In this document: piece after piece, positions 20,366-31,665 of the stretch | Position numbering within the stretch: the stretch's first letter is position 1 | Layout: the number at the start of each line of letters is the position of its first letter | Translations under genes and position numbers: made by a program | Assembly (NCBI GenBank): GCA_965237675.1 | Contig: OZ250150.1 | Coordinates: 4,864,001 to 4,928,000, forward strand | DNA length: 64,000 nt | Origin: Candidatus Latescibacterota bacterium | GTDB lineage: Bacteria > Latescibacterota > UBA2968 > GCA-2709665 | Direction of reading: 5' to 3' | The notes under the pieces: model-generated | What the model was told of the DNA's origin: nothing | What the model saw: only the letters and a program-made list of their open reading frames with translations | Database searches by the model: none

Positions 20366-20545
20366 GAAAGGTGGTGATATTCGGATCCACGTCGCTAAAC
20401 GTATTGCCGCTGTACATCTACGTGAGAAACTGTGACTCGGGGCAAGTTGCTGCAATGAACCTTGCGCTGTGCAAGTGATCGAGCGATATATCTGAAATAT
20501 CTTCACAAGGTCTCTACATATCGCCATCACCCTCCAGGTCAATTC
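20366..20545 (+). repeat. Cassette unit B, degenerate copy
   Basis: GAAAGGTGGTGAT followed by a GSTSLNVLPLYIYVRNCDSGQV frame and the conserved tail. Confidence 0.7.
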
Positions 20546-20574
20546 CTGAATTCCATCAAGCACAGTCTCTTCAT

Positions 20575-21120
20575 ACGTTTAATCAAACGTTCCACTCCGT
20601 AACCACGTGAATCCCGGGGCTGAGTGTGAATGGGCGGCGCGCCTTGCGCCACGATTCCGGTCATTCACGCTGCTCTCGTGAATCGACGCCCGGGGTGTGG
20701 CTGCATAGTGTGCCTTGAGCGTAAATCACAGTTAATCATTGGTACCATACGTTTTCCACAGTCCCGGGTGTGGTGGGTCGGCGCGCCCTGCGCCTTCACC
20801 ACAGTCTGTCCCCTGTAATATGTGATTCGCAGTCCGTGTGTGTGGCCGAGCGGCGCGCCCTGCGCCTGATGCCCGGCCAGGTACGGGAATCACGTGAGCC
20901 ACTGTTCGGGGTGTGGTTCGGCGACGTGTCTTCCGCTTCAATTTCCCAGTAGTACAACATAATCACGGGCGTTACGTTCCGGGTACGGCCGAGCGGCGTG
21001 TCTTGCGCTCGATTCCGCCGGCTGATGCCGTTAAATGCGAGAACTACAGTCCCGGGTATGGCAGTGCGGTTTGATTGATGTCAATACGTTCAGTCACAGT
21101 CATTCCTGGTCTGGGAGGGT
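20575..21120 (+). repeat. About 7 degenerate copies of the ~71-bp unit
   Basis: Recurrent CCGGGTGTGG...GGCGCGCCCTGCGCC at ~71-73-bp spacing. Confidence 0.75.
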
Positions 21121-21126
21121 ATCCAG

Positions 21127-23178
21127 ATGAAAAGATCTACAATTCTGAGCCTCACTTTTGTATTTACCACCGTCTTATTTTCGGATGAAATCCACGCACA
21201 GGACTACAATCGCTGGAGCCTGCCTGAACGCGCCACGATGCGTCTGGGCAAAGGATACGTGCGCGACGTGGCCTGGTCGCCGGACGGAACGCGCCTGGCG
21301 GTTGGCACGAGCCCCGGCATCTGGCTCTACGATGCCGACACCGGCGCCGAAATTTCCCTGATCACGGGTCATACGGGAAGACTCAATTCGATGGTGTTTT
21401 CGCCGGACGGGACCACACTGGCAAGTGCAGGTCGCGACGGAACGTTGCGATTGTGGGACGTGGCCACCGGGCAGGAAAAAGGCAATATCAGAGCACATCC
21501 GCGGTCTGTCGAAACGGTGGCGTTTTCGCCGGATGGAACGACGCTGGCAAGCGACAGTTACGACGATAAGGTGCGGGTGTGGGACGTGGCCACCGGGCAG
21601 GAGAAAAGCAGCCTGGGGGGACATACGAGGGCTGTCCGTTCGGTGGTGTTTTCTCCGGATGGTCTGACGCTGGCAAGCGCGGGTTACGACAGTACGGTGC
21701 GGATGTGGGACGTGGCCACCGGACAGGAAAAACACATCCTCACAGAACACACGAATCGGGTCAATTCGGTGGTGTTTTCGCCGGATGGCCTGACGCTGGC
21801 AAGCGCCAGTCAGGACAGTACGGTACGGGTGTGGGACGTGGCCACCGGACAGGAAAAACACATCCTCACGGGAGGTACCGGGACGGTCTATTCGGTGACG
21901 TTCTCGCCTGACGGCATGACGCTGGCAAGCGGCTGCGGCGACGATACGGTGCGGCTGTGGGACGTGGCGGCAGGACGGGAGAAGGGCATCCTGGAAGGAC
22001 ATACCGGTTCGGTCATCTCGGTGGCGTTTTCGCCGGACGGGACGACGCTCGCAACCGGCAGTTACGACAGTACGGTGCGTGTGTGGGACGTGGCCACCAG
22101 GCAGGAAAAGCACACCCTCACAGGATATACGTCGCTGGTCAATTCTGTTGCGTTTTCGCCGGATGGGGCGACGCTGGCAAGCGGCATCAGCCGTACGGTG
22201 CGGTTGTGGAACGTGGAAACCGGACAGGAGAAGAGCACCCTTTCAGGACATAAGAATCGCGTCAGGTCGGTGGCGTATTCTCCGGATGGTCAGTCCCTGG
22301 CCAGTGGCGGCGATGATCGTACGGTGCGGGTCTGGGACGTCGCCACGGGGCAAGAAAAACACATCCTCACTGGAGACACCGGCCGCGTCTATTCGATCGT
22401 GTTTTCTCCGGACGGTCAGTTCTTGGCCAGTGGCGGCGATGATCGTACGGTGCGGATTTGGGACGTAGCTACGGGGGAGGAAGAACAAACCCTTACGGGA
22501 CATACCCAATGGGTCTTGTCGGTGGCGTTTTCTCCGGATGGGAAGATGCTGGCAAGTGGCAGTTGGGACGGTGCCGTTCTGCTGTGGGACGTGGCCACCG
22601 GCCAGCAGATAGACATCCTCACGGGACATACCCGTCCGGTCTGGTCACTGTCGTTTACGCTGGATGGGACAACGCTGGCAAGCGCCAGTTCTGACCGTAC
22701 GGTTCGGGTGTGGGACGTGGCCACCGGGCAGGAGATAAGCAGCCTGGAAGGACATAAGTTATTTGTCCGATCCGTGGCGTTTTCGCCAGATGGGACGACC
22801 CTTGCAAGCGGTAGCGACGACGGTACAGTTCGGGTGTGGGGCGTGGCCGCGGGGCAGGAAATAGGCGTCCTCGCTGGACATACCGATATTGTCTATTCGG
22901 TGGCGTTTTCGCCGGACGGGACGACCCTTGCAAGCGGCAGTAACGACGGCACGATTCTGCTGTGGGATGTGTCTCAGTATGTCGCACCTCAACCCCTTGT
23001 TACGGACTTCGATGGCGACGGAACCGTGGCTTTTCCCGACTTTCTGCAGTTCGCGGCGCAGTTCGGGCAAAGCCAGGGGAATGTGGGGTTTGATACCCGA
23101 TTCGATCTGGACGACGACGGTACCGTCGGGTTCAGCGATTTCGTTATCTTCGCACGCAGCTTCGGCCAGGGTGGATGA
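21127..23178 (+). CDS. Secreted WD40 protein (14 repeats) with EF-hand/dockerin-like tail
   Basis: Same architecture as 18803. Confidence 0.93.
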   Translation: MKRSTILSLTFVFTTVLFSDEIHAQDYNRWSLPERATMRLGKGYVRDVAWSPDGTRLAVGTSPGIWLYDADTGAEISLITGHTGRLNSMVFSPDGTTLASAGRDGTLRLWDVATGQEKGNIRAHPRSVETVAFSPDGTTLASDSYDDKVRVWDVATGQEKSSLGGHTRAVRSVVFSPDGLTLASAGYDSTVRMWDVATGQEKHILTEHTNRVNSVVFSPDGLTLASASQDSTVRVWDVATGQEKHILTGGTGTVYSVTFSPDGMTLASGCGDDTVRLWDVAAGREKGILEGHTGSVISVAFSPDGTTLATGSYDSTVRVWDVATRQEKHTLTGYTSLVNSVAFSPDGATLASGISRTVRLWNVETGQEKSTLSGHKNRVRSVAYSPDGQSLASGGDDRTVRVWDVATGQEKHILTGDTGRVYSIVFSPDGQFLASGGDDRTVRIWDVATGEEEQTLTGHTQWVLSVAFSPDGKMLASGSWDGAVLLWDVATGQQIDILTGHTRPVWSLSFTLDGTTLASASSDRTVRVWDVATGQEISSLEGHKLFVRSVAFSPDGTTLASGSDDGTVRVWGVAAGQEIGVLAGHTDIVYSVAFSPDGTTLASGSNDGTILLWDVSQYVAPQPLVTDFDGDGTVAFPDFLQFAAQFGQSQGNVGFDTRFDLDDDGTVGFSDFVIFARSFGQGG

Positions 23179-23366
23179 GGCGGCGCACGGTCGGTGCCTC
23201 CCACTTGCCGATTTTGTTACCGTTGGGGAAACACGATGCGGAAGCAGTTGGAGTGCAAGAAGAGGGACACCAGGGCTAAGCGGGAGAGCAATGCCGCCTA
23301 ACGACGTCCACAAAGTCTCTCCATGCTGTTTAATCGGAGTTTATCGCAGTCAGGGAGGGCATTCAG

Positions 23367-24960
23367 ATGAAAAGGTCTACGATTTCGAGCGTGATTTTTG
23401 TTTTGACGGCTGTCTTGTTCGCCCAGGACAGCCGCGCACAGGAGTACAATCGCTGGCGCTTGCCCGAAGGCGCCATTATGCGTCTGGGCAAAGGATACGT
23501 GTGGGACGTGGCCTGGTCGCCGGATCGCACGCGCCTGGCCGTCGGGGGCACCGTCGGCATCTGGGTCTACGATGCCAGCACCGGAGCGGAAGTTTCCCTG
23601 ATCACCGGACATTCCTTCAGAGTCAATGCGGTTGCATTTTCACCCGATGGTCTGACGCTGGCAAGCGGCAGTCGGGACCATACGGTGCGGTTGTGGGACG
23701 TGGCCACCGGAGAGGAAAAAAGCATCCTCACGGGACACAGGTACGACGTCGAGGCGGTGGCATTTTCGCCGGATGGGACAATGCTGGCAAGCGGCAGTCG
23801 CGACGGCACGGGTGTGGGACGTGGCCACAGGCCAGCAAAAACACAGGCTTATCAATGAAAAGTACCCGGATAGGTTGATTAATCCATGGGTCAGGGCGGT
23901 GGCATTCTCGCCGGATGGTCTGACACTGGCCAGCGCCGGAAACGACTCTACGGTGCGGGTGTGGGACGTGGAAACGGGACGGGAAAAGAGCACCCTGGAT
24001 GAACATACCCATTGGGTGTATTCGGTGGCGTTTTCTCCCGATGGGTTGACGCTGGCAAGCGCCAGCCGGGACAGTACCGTGCGGGTGTGGGACGTGGACA
24101 CAGGGCAGGAGAAGAGTACCCTCATAGGACATACGTCCGGCGTCCGATCGGTTGTGTATTCGCAGGATGGGGTGACGCTGGCAACCCGCAGTTTCGACAC
24201 CTCCGCGCGGGCGTGGACGGTGCGGGAGTGGGATTTGGAAACGGGGCGGGAGCAAAGCACCCTCACCCTCACAGGGCATACGTGGTCTGCCAATTCGGTC
24301 GTGTATTCGCCGGATGGGACAATGCTGGCAAGCGGCAGTAACGATCGTACGGTGCGGTTGTGGGACGTGGCCACAGGGCAGCATATACGCACCTTCGCAG
24401 GACATACCCGTGGGGTCGGTCCGGTGGCGTTTTCGCCGGATGGGACAACTGTGGCAGGCGGTGGCGGCTATCGGGACGCAACGGTGCGGTTGTGGGACGT
24501 GGCCACAGGGCAGGAGAAACACACCCTCACAGTACGTGGAGAGAATTTCTTTTCGGTGGCGTTTTCGCCGGATGGCATGACGCTGGCAACCAGCAGTCCG
24601 TACAAGGCGGTTTGGCTGTGGGACGTGGCCACAGGGAGAAACATACGCGCCCTCAAAGGACATACCGATCCAATCTGGTCGGTAGCGTTTTCGCCGGACG
24701 GCAGGACGCTGGCAAGCGCCAGCTACGACTGCACGATTCTGCTATGGGATGTCTCCTCACGTGACGCGTTGCAACCTCTTGCTGCCGACTTCGACGGCGA
24801 CGGGGTCGTGGGCTTTTCCGATTACCTGCAATTCGTCGCGAAGTACGGGCTGCGCTGGGGAGATCCGGGATATGACGCGCGCTTCGATCTGGACGGGGAC
24901 GGTGAAATCGGGTCCCGCGATTGGTGGATCTTCGGGAAAAGCTTCGGCCGGGGTACCTGA
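23367..24960 (+). pseudogene. WD40/EF-hand gene (~10 repeats) split by a 5-bp deletion at ~23810
   Basis: GACGGCACG-GGTGTGGGAC versus paralog GACGGCACGGTGCGGGTGTGGGAC (~25820); ORFs 23367-23858 and 23773-24960. Confidence 0.85.
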
Positions 24961-25122
24961 GGCGAACGAACGGTGTCGGAAACAGGTTGCGCCCAGTCCA
25001 AAAAAGGCCGGGAATCCACCCCCTACGGCGGGTTCCCGCGATGAGAGTTGATGCCTTGACGGACATCTGTTATAACACCCCATCGATCACCCGATTTGAC
25101 CGCGTCTGTGAAGGAGGTGATA

Positions 25123-25200
25123 TTGGAATCAACGTCGAGAAAAGTCAGGCCGCGGTATGTTTACGTGAGAAGCTATGGCTCGGGGCAAGTGCCGAAATGA
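25123..25200 (+). CDS. Putative 25-aa micro-peptide type B (MESTSRKVRPRYVYVRSYGSGQVPK)
   Basis: GAAGGAGGTGAT, TTG start, conserved TGA at codon 26. Confidence 0.5.
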   Translation: MESTSRKVRPRYVYVRSYGSGQVPK

Positions 25201-25384
25201 CACGACGCGCAATGGGAGCAGTCCCACGTCGCCGTCGATCAATGCACACAACGTCTCTTCATATCTACATCACTCGCTTCAAGTCACAAAAAAAGGGTCA
25301 CATCAATCACAGTCTCATCACGCGATTAATTCACAGTTAATCCCTGTGATCATAAGTTAATCGCTGTACGAGGAGGATTTACAA

Positions 25385-27460
25385 ATGAAAAGATCTGCGA
25401 TTTTGAGCCTCACTCTTATTTTGACCGCTAGCCTGTATGTACAGAACAGCCACGCGCAGGACTACAATCGCTGGAGTCTGCCCGAAGGCGCCCGCATGCG
25501 TCTGGGCAAAGGAAACGTGCTCGACGTGGCCTGGTCGCCGGACGGCACGCTCCTGGCCGCGGGGGGCACTGCCGGCATCTGGGTCTACGATGCCCACACC
25601 GGCGCGGAAATTTCCCTGATCACAGGACATTCGTTCAGAGTCAATGCGGTTGCGTTTTCACCCGATGGTCTGACGCTGGCAAGTGGCAGTCGGGATGATA
25701 CGGTGCGGTTGTGGGACGTGGAAACGGGACAGGAAAAGAGCATCCTCACGGGACATAGGTACGACGTCGAGGCGGTGGCATTCTCGCAGGATGGAACGAC
25801 GCTGGCAAGCGGCAGTCGCGACGGCACGGTGCGGGTGTGGGACGTGGCCACCGGGCAGGAAAAACATACCCTCCTGAATGAAAAGTACCGGGGATTGCTG
25901 AATAAGCCCTGGGTGTATTCGGTTGCGTTTTCGGCCGATGGTCTGACGCTGGCAAGCGCCAATCGGGACAGTACCGTGCGGGTGTGGGACATCGCCACCG
26001 GACAGGAAAAGCATACGCTCACCGGACACACCCATCGGGTCTGGTCGGTGGCGTTTTCGCCCGACGGTAAGACACTTGCCAGTGCAAGTCTGGACAGTAC
26101 GGTGCGGCTGTGGGACCTGGAAACGGGGCAGGAAAAGAGCACCCTCGAAGGACATACTCATCGGGTGTATTCGGTGGCTTTTTCGCCCGATGGTCTGACG
26201 CTGGCAAGCGCCGGTCGGGACAGTACCGTGCGGGTGTGGGACGTGGCCACCGGGCAGGAGAAACACACCCTCACAGGACATACTCATCGGGTGTATTCCG
26301 TGGTGTTTTCGCAGGACGGGATGATGCTGGCAAGCCGCAGTTACGACAATACGGTCCGGACATGGGACGTGGAAACGGGGCAGGAGAGTAGCATCCTACG
26401 CCTTACAGGGCATACACAATCTGTAAACTCGCTGGCGTTCTCGCCGGACGGGCAGACCCTTGCAAGCAGCGGTAACGACCCCGGCATCCGGTTGTGGGAC
26501 GTGGCCACAGGACAGGTAAAAAGCACTTTCGCAGGACATGGGTCGGTGGCGTTCTCGCCGGATGGGACCACGCTGGCAACCGCCGGCGGCCGGGACGGAC
26601 CGATGCGGTTATGGGACGCGGCCACAGGACAGGAGAAACACACCCTCACAGGACATACGTCACCTGTAGAGTCGGTGGCGTTCTCGCCGGATGGGACCAC
26701 GCTGGCAAGCGCCGACGGTCACGACGAAACGGTGCGGTTGTGGAACGTGACCACAGGGAAGGAGAGACACACCCTCGTAGGACATATTGATAGAGTTGGG
26801 ACGGTGGCGTATTCGCCGGATGGATCGACGCTCGCAAGCGCTGGTGGAGACAGCACGGTGCGGTTGTGGAACCCAGCCACAGGGCAAGAGAAAAACACGC
26901 TCACAGTACATGCCTATTGGATCCACGAGTTGGCGTTTTCGCCCGATGGGGCGACGCTTGCAGGCTCCGATTCTCGGGGTACGTTGCGGTTGTGGGACGC
27001 GGCCACAGGGCAGGAGAAAAACACCCTCACAGTACGTGGCGAGAATTTCTTCTCGGTGGCGTTTTCGCCCGATGGGACGACACTGGCAACCAGCAGTCCG
27101 TACAGGGCGGTATGGCTGTGGGACGTGGCCACCGGGCAGAATATACGCGCCCTCAGAGGACATACAGCTCCGATCTGGTCGGTGGCGTTTTCACCGGACC
27201 GCAGAACGCTGGCAAGCGCCAGTTACGACGGTACGATTCTGCTGTGGGATGTCTCGTCACGTGACGCGCTGCAACCCCTTGCCGCCGACTATGATGGCGA
27301 CGGAACCGTGGGCTTTTCCGACTTTCTGCAATTCGTCGCGAAGTACGGGCTGAGCTGGGGAGATGCGGGATATGACGCGCGCTTCGACCTGGACGGGGAC
27401 GGTGAAATCGGGTCCCGCGATTGGTGGATCTTCGGGAAAAGCTTTGGCCGGGGTAACTGA
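25385..27460 (+). CDS. Secreted WD40 protein (14 repeats) with EF-hand/dockerin-like tail
   Basis: GHSFRV subfamily; tail nearly identical to 24700-24960. Confidence 0.93.
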   Translation: MKRSAILSLTLILTASLYVQNSHAQDYNRWSLPEGARMRLGKGNVLDVAWSPDGTLLAAGGTAGIWVYDAHTGAEISLITGHSFRVNAVAFSPDGLTLASGSRDDTVRLWDVETGQEKSILTGHRYDVEAVAFSQDGTTLASGSRDGTVRVWDVATGQEKHTLLNEKYRGLLNKPWVYSVAFSADGLTLASANRDSTVRVWDIATGQEKHTLTGHTHRVWSVAFSPDGKTLASASLDSTVRLWDLETGQEKSTLEGHTHRVYSVAFSPDGLTLASAGRDSTVRVWDVATGQEKHTLTGHTHRVYSVVFSQDGMMLASRSYDNTVRTWDVETGQESSILRLTGHTQSVNSLAFSPDGQTLASSGNDPGIRLWDVATGQVKSTFAGHGSVAFSPDGTTLATAGGRDGPMRLWDAATGQEKHTLTGHTSPVESVAFSPDGTTLASADGHDETVRLWNVTTGKERHTLVGHIDRVGTVAYSPDGSTLASAGGDSTVRLWNPATGQEKNTLTVHAYWIHELAFSPDGATLAGSDSRGTLRLWDAATGQEKNTLTVRGENFFSVAFSPDGTTLATSSPYRAVWLWDVATGQNIRALRGHTAPIWSVAFSPDRRTLASASYDGTILLWDVSSRDALQPLAADYDGDGTVGFSDFLQFVAKYGLSWGDAGYDARFDLDGDGEIGSRDWWIFGKSFGRGN

Positions 27461-27624
27461 AGCGAACAAACGGTGTAGGAAACAGGTAGCGCAAGTTCTG
27501 CATTAAGGCGGGGAACCCATCCCATTGGTCGGGTTCTCCGCATGAGAGTCAAAGCCTTGACCGACCTCTGTTTTGACATTCCGTCGTTCAACCAATCTGG
27601 CCGCGTCTGGAAAGGAGGTGATAA

Positions 27625-27699
27625 CTGGCATCCACGCTGATAAACCTCTGGGCGTCGTACGGCTATTTTAACGCGATGATCTCCTGCACAAGTGGCTAA
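27625..27699 (+). CDS. Putative 24-aa micro-peptide type A (LASTLINLWASYGYFNAMISCTSG)
   Basis: GAAAGGAGGTGAT, CTG start; same length and TAA stop as 20265. Confidence 0.5.
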   Translation: MASTLINLWASYGYFNAMISCTSG

Positions 27700-27740
27700 T
27701 ACCGGCCACGGATCTGATCGCATTCTGAAAGGAGGTGATA

Positions 27741-27818
27741 TTGGAATCAACGTCGAGAAAAGTCAGACCGTGGTATGTTTACGTGAGTAGCTATGGCTCG
27801 GGGCAGGTGCCGAAATGA
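27741..27818 (+). CDS. Putative 25-aa micro-peptide type B (MESTSRKVRPWYVYVSSYGSGQVPK)
   Basis: GAAAGGAGGTGAT, TTG start; AGG/AGA and CAA/CAG synonymous versus 25123. Confidence 0.5.
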   Translation: MESTSRKVRPWYVYVSSYGSGQVPK

Positions 27819-27980
27819 CACGACGCGCAATTGGAGGGGTCGCACGTTGCCGTCGATCAATACACACAACGTCTCTCCATATCTAAATCAATCGCCTCAA
27901 GTCACAAAGAGTGTCACATCAGTCAGAGTCTCATCACGCGATTAATTCATAGTTAATCGCTGCACGGGGAGGATTTACAA

Positions 27981-28919
27981 ATGAAAAAGCGAACGATATT
28001 TGGCACCCTCATTCTGTTGACGGCCGTCTTGATCGCCCAGGACAGCCTCGCGCAGGATTATAATCGCTGGAATCTGCCCCAAGGAGCCCGCATGCGTCTG
28101 GGCAAGGGAAACGTGCTCGACTTGGCCTGGTCGCCGGACCGCACGCGCCTGGCCGCGGGGGGCACCGCCGGCATCTGGCTCTACGATGCCCACACCGGCG
28201 CGGAAATTTCCCTGATCACTGGACATTCGTTCAGGGTCAATGCGGTTGCGTTTTCGCCCGATGGTCTGACGCTGGCAAGTGGCAGTCAGGACGATACGGT
28301 GCGGTTGTGGGACGTGGCCACCGGAGAGGAGAAAAGCATCCTTACGGGACACAGGTACGACGTCGAGGCGGTGGCATTCTCGCATGATGGGACATTGCTG
28401 GCAAGCGGCAGTCGCGACGGCACGGTGCGGGTGTGGGACGTGGCCACAGGGCAGGAAAAAAGTACCCTCGTCAATGAAAAGTACCAGGGTAGGTTTAATA
28501 ACCCCTGGGTCGTGTCGGTTGCGTATTCGCAGGACGGGATAAGCCGCAGCTTCGACAATGCGGTGCGACAGTGGGACGTGGAAACCGGGCTGGAGACGGG
28601 CACCCTCAGACTTCCAGGGCATACCTCCGCCGTCCAGTCGGTTGTGTATTCGCCGGACGGGAAGATGCTGGCAAGCGGCGGTAGCGACGGTACGATTCTG
28701 CTGTGGGATGTCTCGTCACGTGCCGCGCTGCAACCCCTTGCTGCCGATTTCGATGGCGACGGGACCGTGGGCTTTACCGACTTTCTGCAATTCGCCGCGA
28801 AGTTCGGGCTGAACTGGGGAGATGCGGGATATGACTCCCGCTTTGATCTGGACAACGACGGGGATATCGGGTATCCCGATTGGTCCATCTTGCGAAAAAG
28901 CTTTGGCCGGGGTTCCTGA
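27981..28919 (+). CDS. Short secreted WD40 protein (5 repeats) with EF-hand tail; internally deleted paralog
   Basis: GHSFRV subfamily; one repeat shortened (YSQDGISRSFD). Confidence 0.85.
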   Translation: MKKRTIFGTLILLTAVLIAQDSLAQDYNRWNLPQGARMRLGKGNVLDLAWSPDRTRLAAGGTAGIWLYDAHTGAEISLITGHSFRVNAVAFSPDGLTLASGSQDDTVRLWDVATGEEKSILTGHRYDVEAVAFSHDGTLLASGSRDGTVRVWDVATGQEKSTLVNEKYQGRFNNPWVVSVAYSQDGISRSFDNAVRQWDVETGLETGTLRLPGHTSAVQSVVYSPDGKMLASGGSDGTILLWDVSSRAALQPLAADFDGDGTVGFTDFLQFAAKFGLNWGDAGYDSRFDLDNDGDIGYPDWSILRKSFGRGS

Positions 28920-29083
28920 AGCGAACAAACCGTGTCGGAAACCGGTCGCGCCAATTATCTCCACGAATCCATCACTCGGTGCAGGTCGTCAACAGACTCA
29001 CATCAATCACTGTCTTTTCGGGCCGTTAAATCATAGTTAATCCCTCGTAATCAAAGTTTATCATAGACAGGGAGGGCATTCAG

Positions 29084-31270
29084 ATGAAAAGGTCAACGAT
29101 TTTCGGCCTCATTCTTCTCTCGACATCTTTCTTGCTTGCACAGGACTCCCTCGCACAGGATTACACTCGCTGGGGACTGCCCGAAGGGGCCCTCATGCGT
29201 CTGGGCAAAGGAGACGTGCGCGCGGTGGTCTGGTCGCCGGACGGCACGCGCCTGGCGGTGGGCAGCAGCCTCGGCATCTGGCTCTACGATCCGCGCACCG
29301 GGGCCGAAGTTTCCCTGATTACGGGCCAGATGTCCATAGTCGGGCCGGTGGTGTTTTCGCCGGATGGGTCGACCCTGGCAAGCAACGGTGCGGACAATAC
29401 GGTGCGGTTGTGGGACGTGGCAACCGGGCAGGAAAAACATATGCTCACAGGACATACGGATAGGGTTCAGTCGGTGGTGATTTCACCGGACGGGATGACG
29501 CTGGCAAGCAGCGGTTCGGACAATACGGTGCGGTTGTGGGACGTGGCCACGGGGCAGGAAAAACACACGCTTACAGGACATACCCGTGGGGTCGGCCCAG
29601 TGGCGTTTTCGCCGGATGGGATCACGCTGGCAAGCGGCAGTAGCGACCATACGGTGCGGTTGTGGGACGTGGCCACAGGCCAGGAAAAACACACCCTCAC
29701 AGGACATACCTGGTTTGTCATTTCGATGGCGTTTTCGCCGGATGGGACCACGCTGGCAAGCGGCAGTTACGACCATACGGTGCGGTTGTGGGACGTGGCC
29801 ACAGGCAACGCAAAGGCAACCCTCGAAGGCCATACGGATTTTGTTACACCGCTGGTGTTTTCTCCGGATGGTCAGACTCTGGCCAGTGCAGCTCAAGGTC
29901 GGGGTAATGACCAAACGGTACGGTTGTGGAACGTGGCCAGCGGCCGGGAAAGACACACCCTCATTGGACATACTGAAACTGTCAACTCGGTGGTGTTTTC
30001 ACCGGATGGGCTGACGCTGGCAAGCGGCAGTCGTGACGATACGGTACGGTTGTGGGACGTGGCCACAGGGCAGGAAAAAATCACCCTCACAGGACATACC
30101 GGTAATGTCGGCTCCGTGGTGTTTTCGCCGGATGGGACCACGCTGGCAAGCGGCAGCAGAAACGATGCGGTGCGGTTGTGGGACGCGGCCACCGGCGAGG
30201 AAAAAAACGTCTTCACCGGACATTCGCCTTTGATCAATTCGGTGGCGTATTCGCCGGATGGGACGACCCTGGCCAGCGGCGGTAATGACCGTACGTTGCT
30301 GTTGTGGGACATCGCTACGGCACAGGTAAGACACACCCTCACTGGACATACCAGTACTGTTGTTGCTTCCGTGGCATTTTCACCGGATGGGACGACGCTG
30401 GCAAGCGGCAGTTGGGACAAAACGGTACGTTTGTGGGACGTGGCCGAGGCGCAGGAGAATATCACCCTGACGGAACATACGAATAGGGTCCAATCGGTGG
30501 CGTTTTCGCCGGATGGGACGACCCTGGCCAGCGGGAGTTGGGACCATACGGTGCGGTTGTGGGACGTGGCAAGCGGCCGGGAAAGACACACCCTCACAGA
30601 ACATACCGATGTCGCCACTTCGGTGGTGTTTTCACCTGACGGGATGACGTTGGCAAGCGGAAGTCGGGACCATACGGTGCGGTTGTGGGACGTGACCACG
30701 GGAGAGATAAGATCCACCCTGACGGGACATTCCCACTGGGTCAATCCGGTGGCGTTATCGCCGGATGGGACGATGCTGGCAAGCGGCGGCCCGGACAATA
30801 CGTTGCTGTTGTGGGACGTGGCTACCGGGCAGGTGAGACACACCCTCGCTGGACATACCTTCTTCGTCGACTCCGTGGCGTTTTCGCCGGATGGGACGAC
30901 GCTGGCAAGCGGCGGCTCGGACAGTACGGTGCGGTTGTGGGACGTGGCCACGGGAGAGGAGAAAGGCATCCTGCCAAGTGGGGCCAAGTCGGTGGTGTTT
31001 TCACCGGACGGGAGGACCCTTGCCAGCGGCAGTTACGACGGCGCGATTCTGTTGTGGGATATATCGCCGTATGTCGCGCCTCCAACCCTTGCTGCCGACT
31101 TCGACGGCGACGGGACCGTGGGTTTTCCAGACTTTCTGCAATTCGCGGCGCAAGTCGGGCTGAGCCAAAGCGATGCCGGGTATGACGCGCGCTTCGATCT
31201 GAACGGCGACGATACCGTCGGGTTCAGCGATTTCGTGATCTTTGCACGCAGCTTCGGTCAAAGTGCATGA
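29084..31270 (+). CDS. Secreted WD40 protein (15 repeats) with EF-hand/dockerin-like tail
   Basis: Same architecture. Confidence 0.93.
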   Translation: MKRSTIFGLILLSTSFLLAQDSLAQDYTRWGLPEGALMRLGKGDVRAVVWSPDGTRLAVGSSLGIWLYDPRTGAEVSLITGQMSIVGPVVFSPDGSTLASNGADNTVRLWDVATGQEKHMLTGHTDRVQSVVISPDGMTLASSGSDNTVRLWDVATGQEKHTLTGHTRGVGPVAFSPDGITLASGSSDHTVRLWDVATGQEKHTLTGHTWFVISMAFSPDGTTLASGSYDHTVRLWDVATGNAKATLEGHTDFVTPLVFSPDGQTLASAAQGRGNDQTVRLWNVASGRERHTLIGHTETVNSVVFSPDGLTLASGSRDDTVRLWDVATGQEKITLTGHTGNVGSVVFSPDGTTLASGSRNDAVRLWDAATGEEKNVFTGHSPLINSVAYSPDGTTLASGGNDRTLLLWDIATAQVRHTLTGHTSTVVASVAFSPDGTTLASGSWDKTVRLWDVAEAQENITLTEHTNRVQSVAFSPDGTTLASGSWDHTVRLWDVASGRERHTLTEHTDVATSVVFSPDGMTLASGSRDHTVRLWDVTTGEIRSTLTGHSHWVNPVALSPDGTMLASGGPDNTLLLWDVATGQVRHTLAGHTFFVDSVAFSPDGTTLASGGSDSTVRLWDVATGEEKGILPSGAKSVVFSPDGRTLASGSYDGAILLWDISPYVAPPTLAADFDGDGTVGFPDFLQFAAQVGLSQSDAGYDARFDLNGDDTVGFSDFVIFARSFGQSA

Positions 31271-31352
31271 GGCGACGGCGCCTTGCCAGAAAGAGGTCGC
31301 GCCAGGCGATCGGCCGCGCAAGCGGTTTGCGTTTCTCACGGACCAAACTGAC

Positions 31353-31665
31353 TTCGGAAAGGAGGTGATATTGGAATCCATGTCGTTAAGTGTCGGACCG
31401 CAGTACATCTACGTGAGAAACTACGGCCCGGGGCAAGTGCTGAACGGCAAGTTGCGCAATGGGAGCGGTCGAGCAATGCCGCCGACCAACGTACACCAGG
31501 TCTCTTCATTTCGCCTTCACTCGCTCAGGTCATTTCAAGAATCACATCAATCACAGTCTCTCCATTTGGGTTTAATCACAGTCCATCATCGTAATCATAG
31601 TTAATCACAGTCAATCTTAGTCCGGGGGGTATTCAGATGATCAAGTTAACGTTTTCGAGCCTCAT
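31353..31665 (+). repeat. Cassette B plus WD40 gene start, identical by eye to 41916-42228
   Basis: 313-bp direct repeat at offset 10563; includes a B ORF extended to 77 aa (31371-31604). Confidence 0.85.

Noticed and set aside
18390-21120. CRISPR array interpretation of the ~71-bp repeats
   Set aside because: Both halves of each unit are homologous between copies, so there are no unique spacers; repeats are degenerate and no cas genes are present
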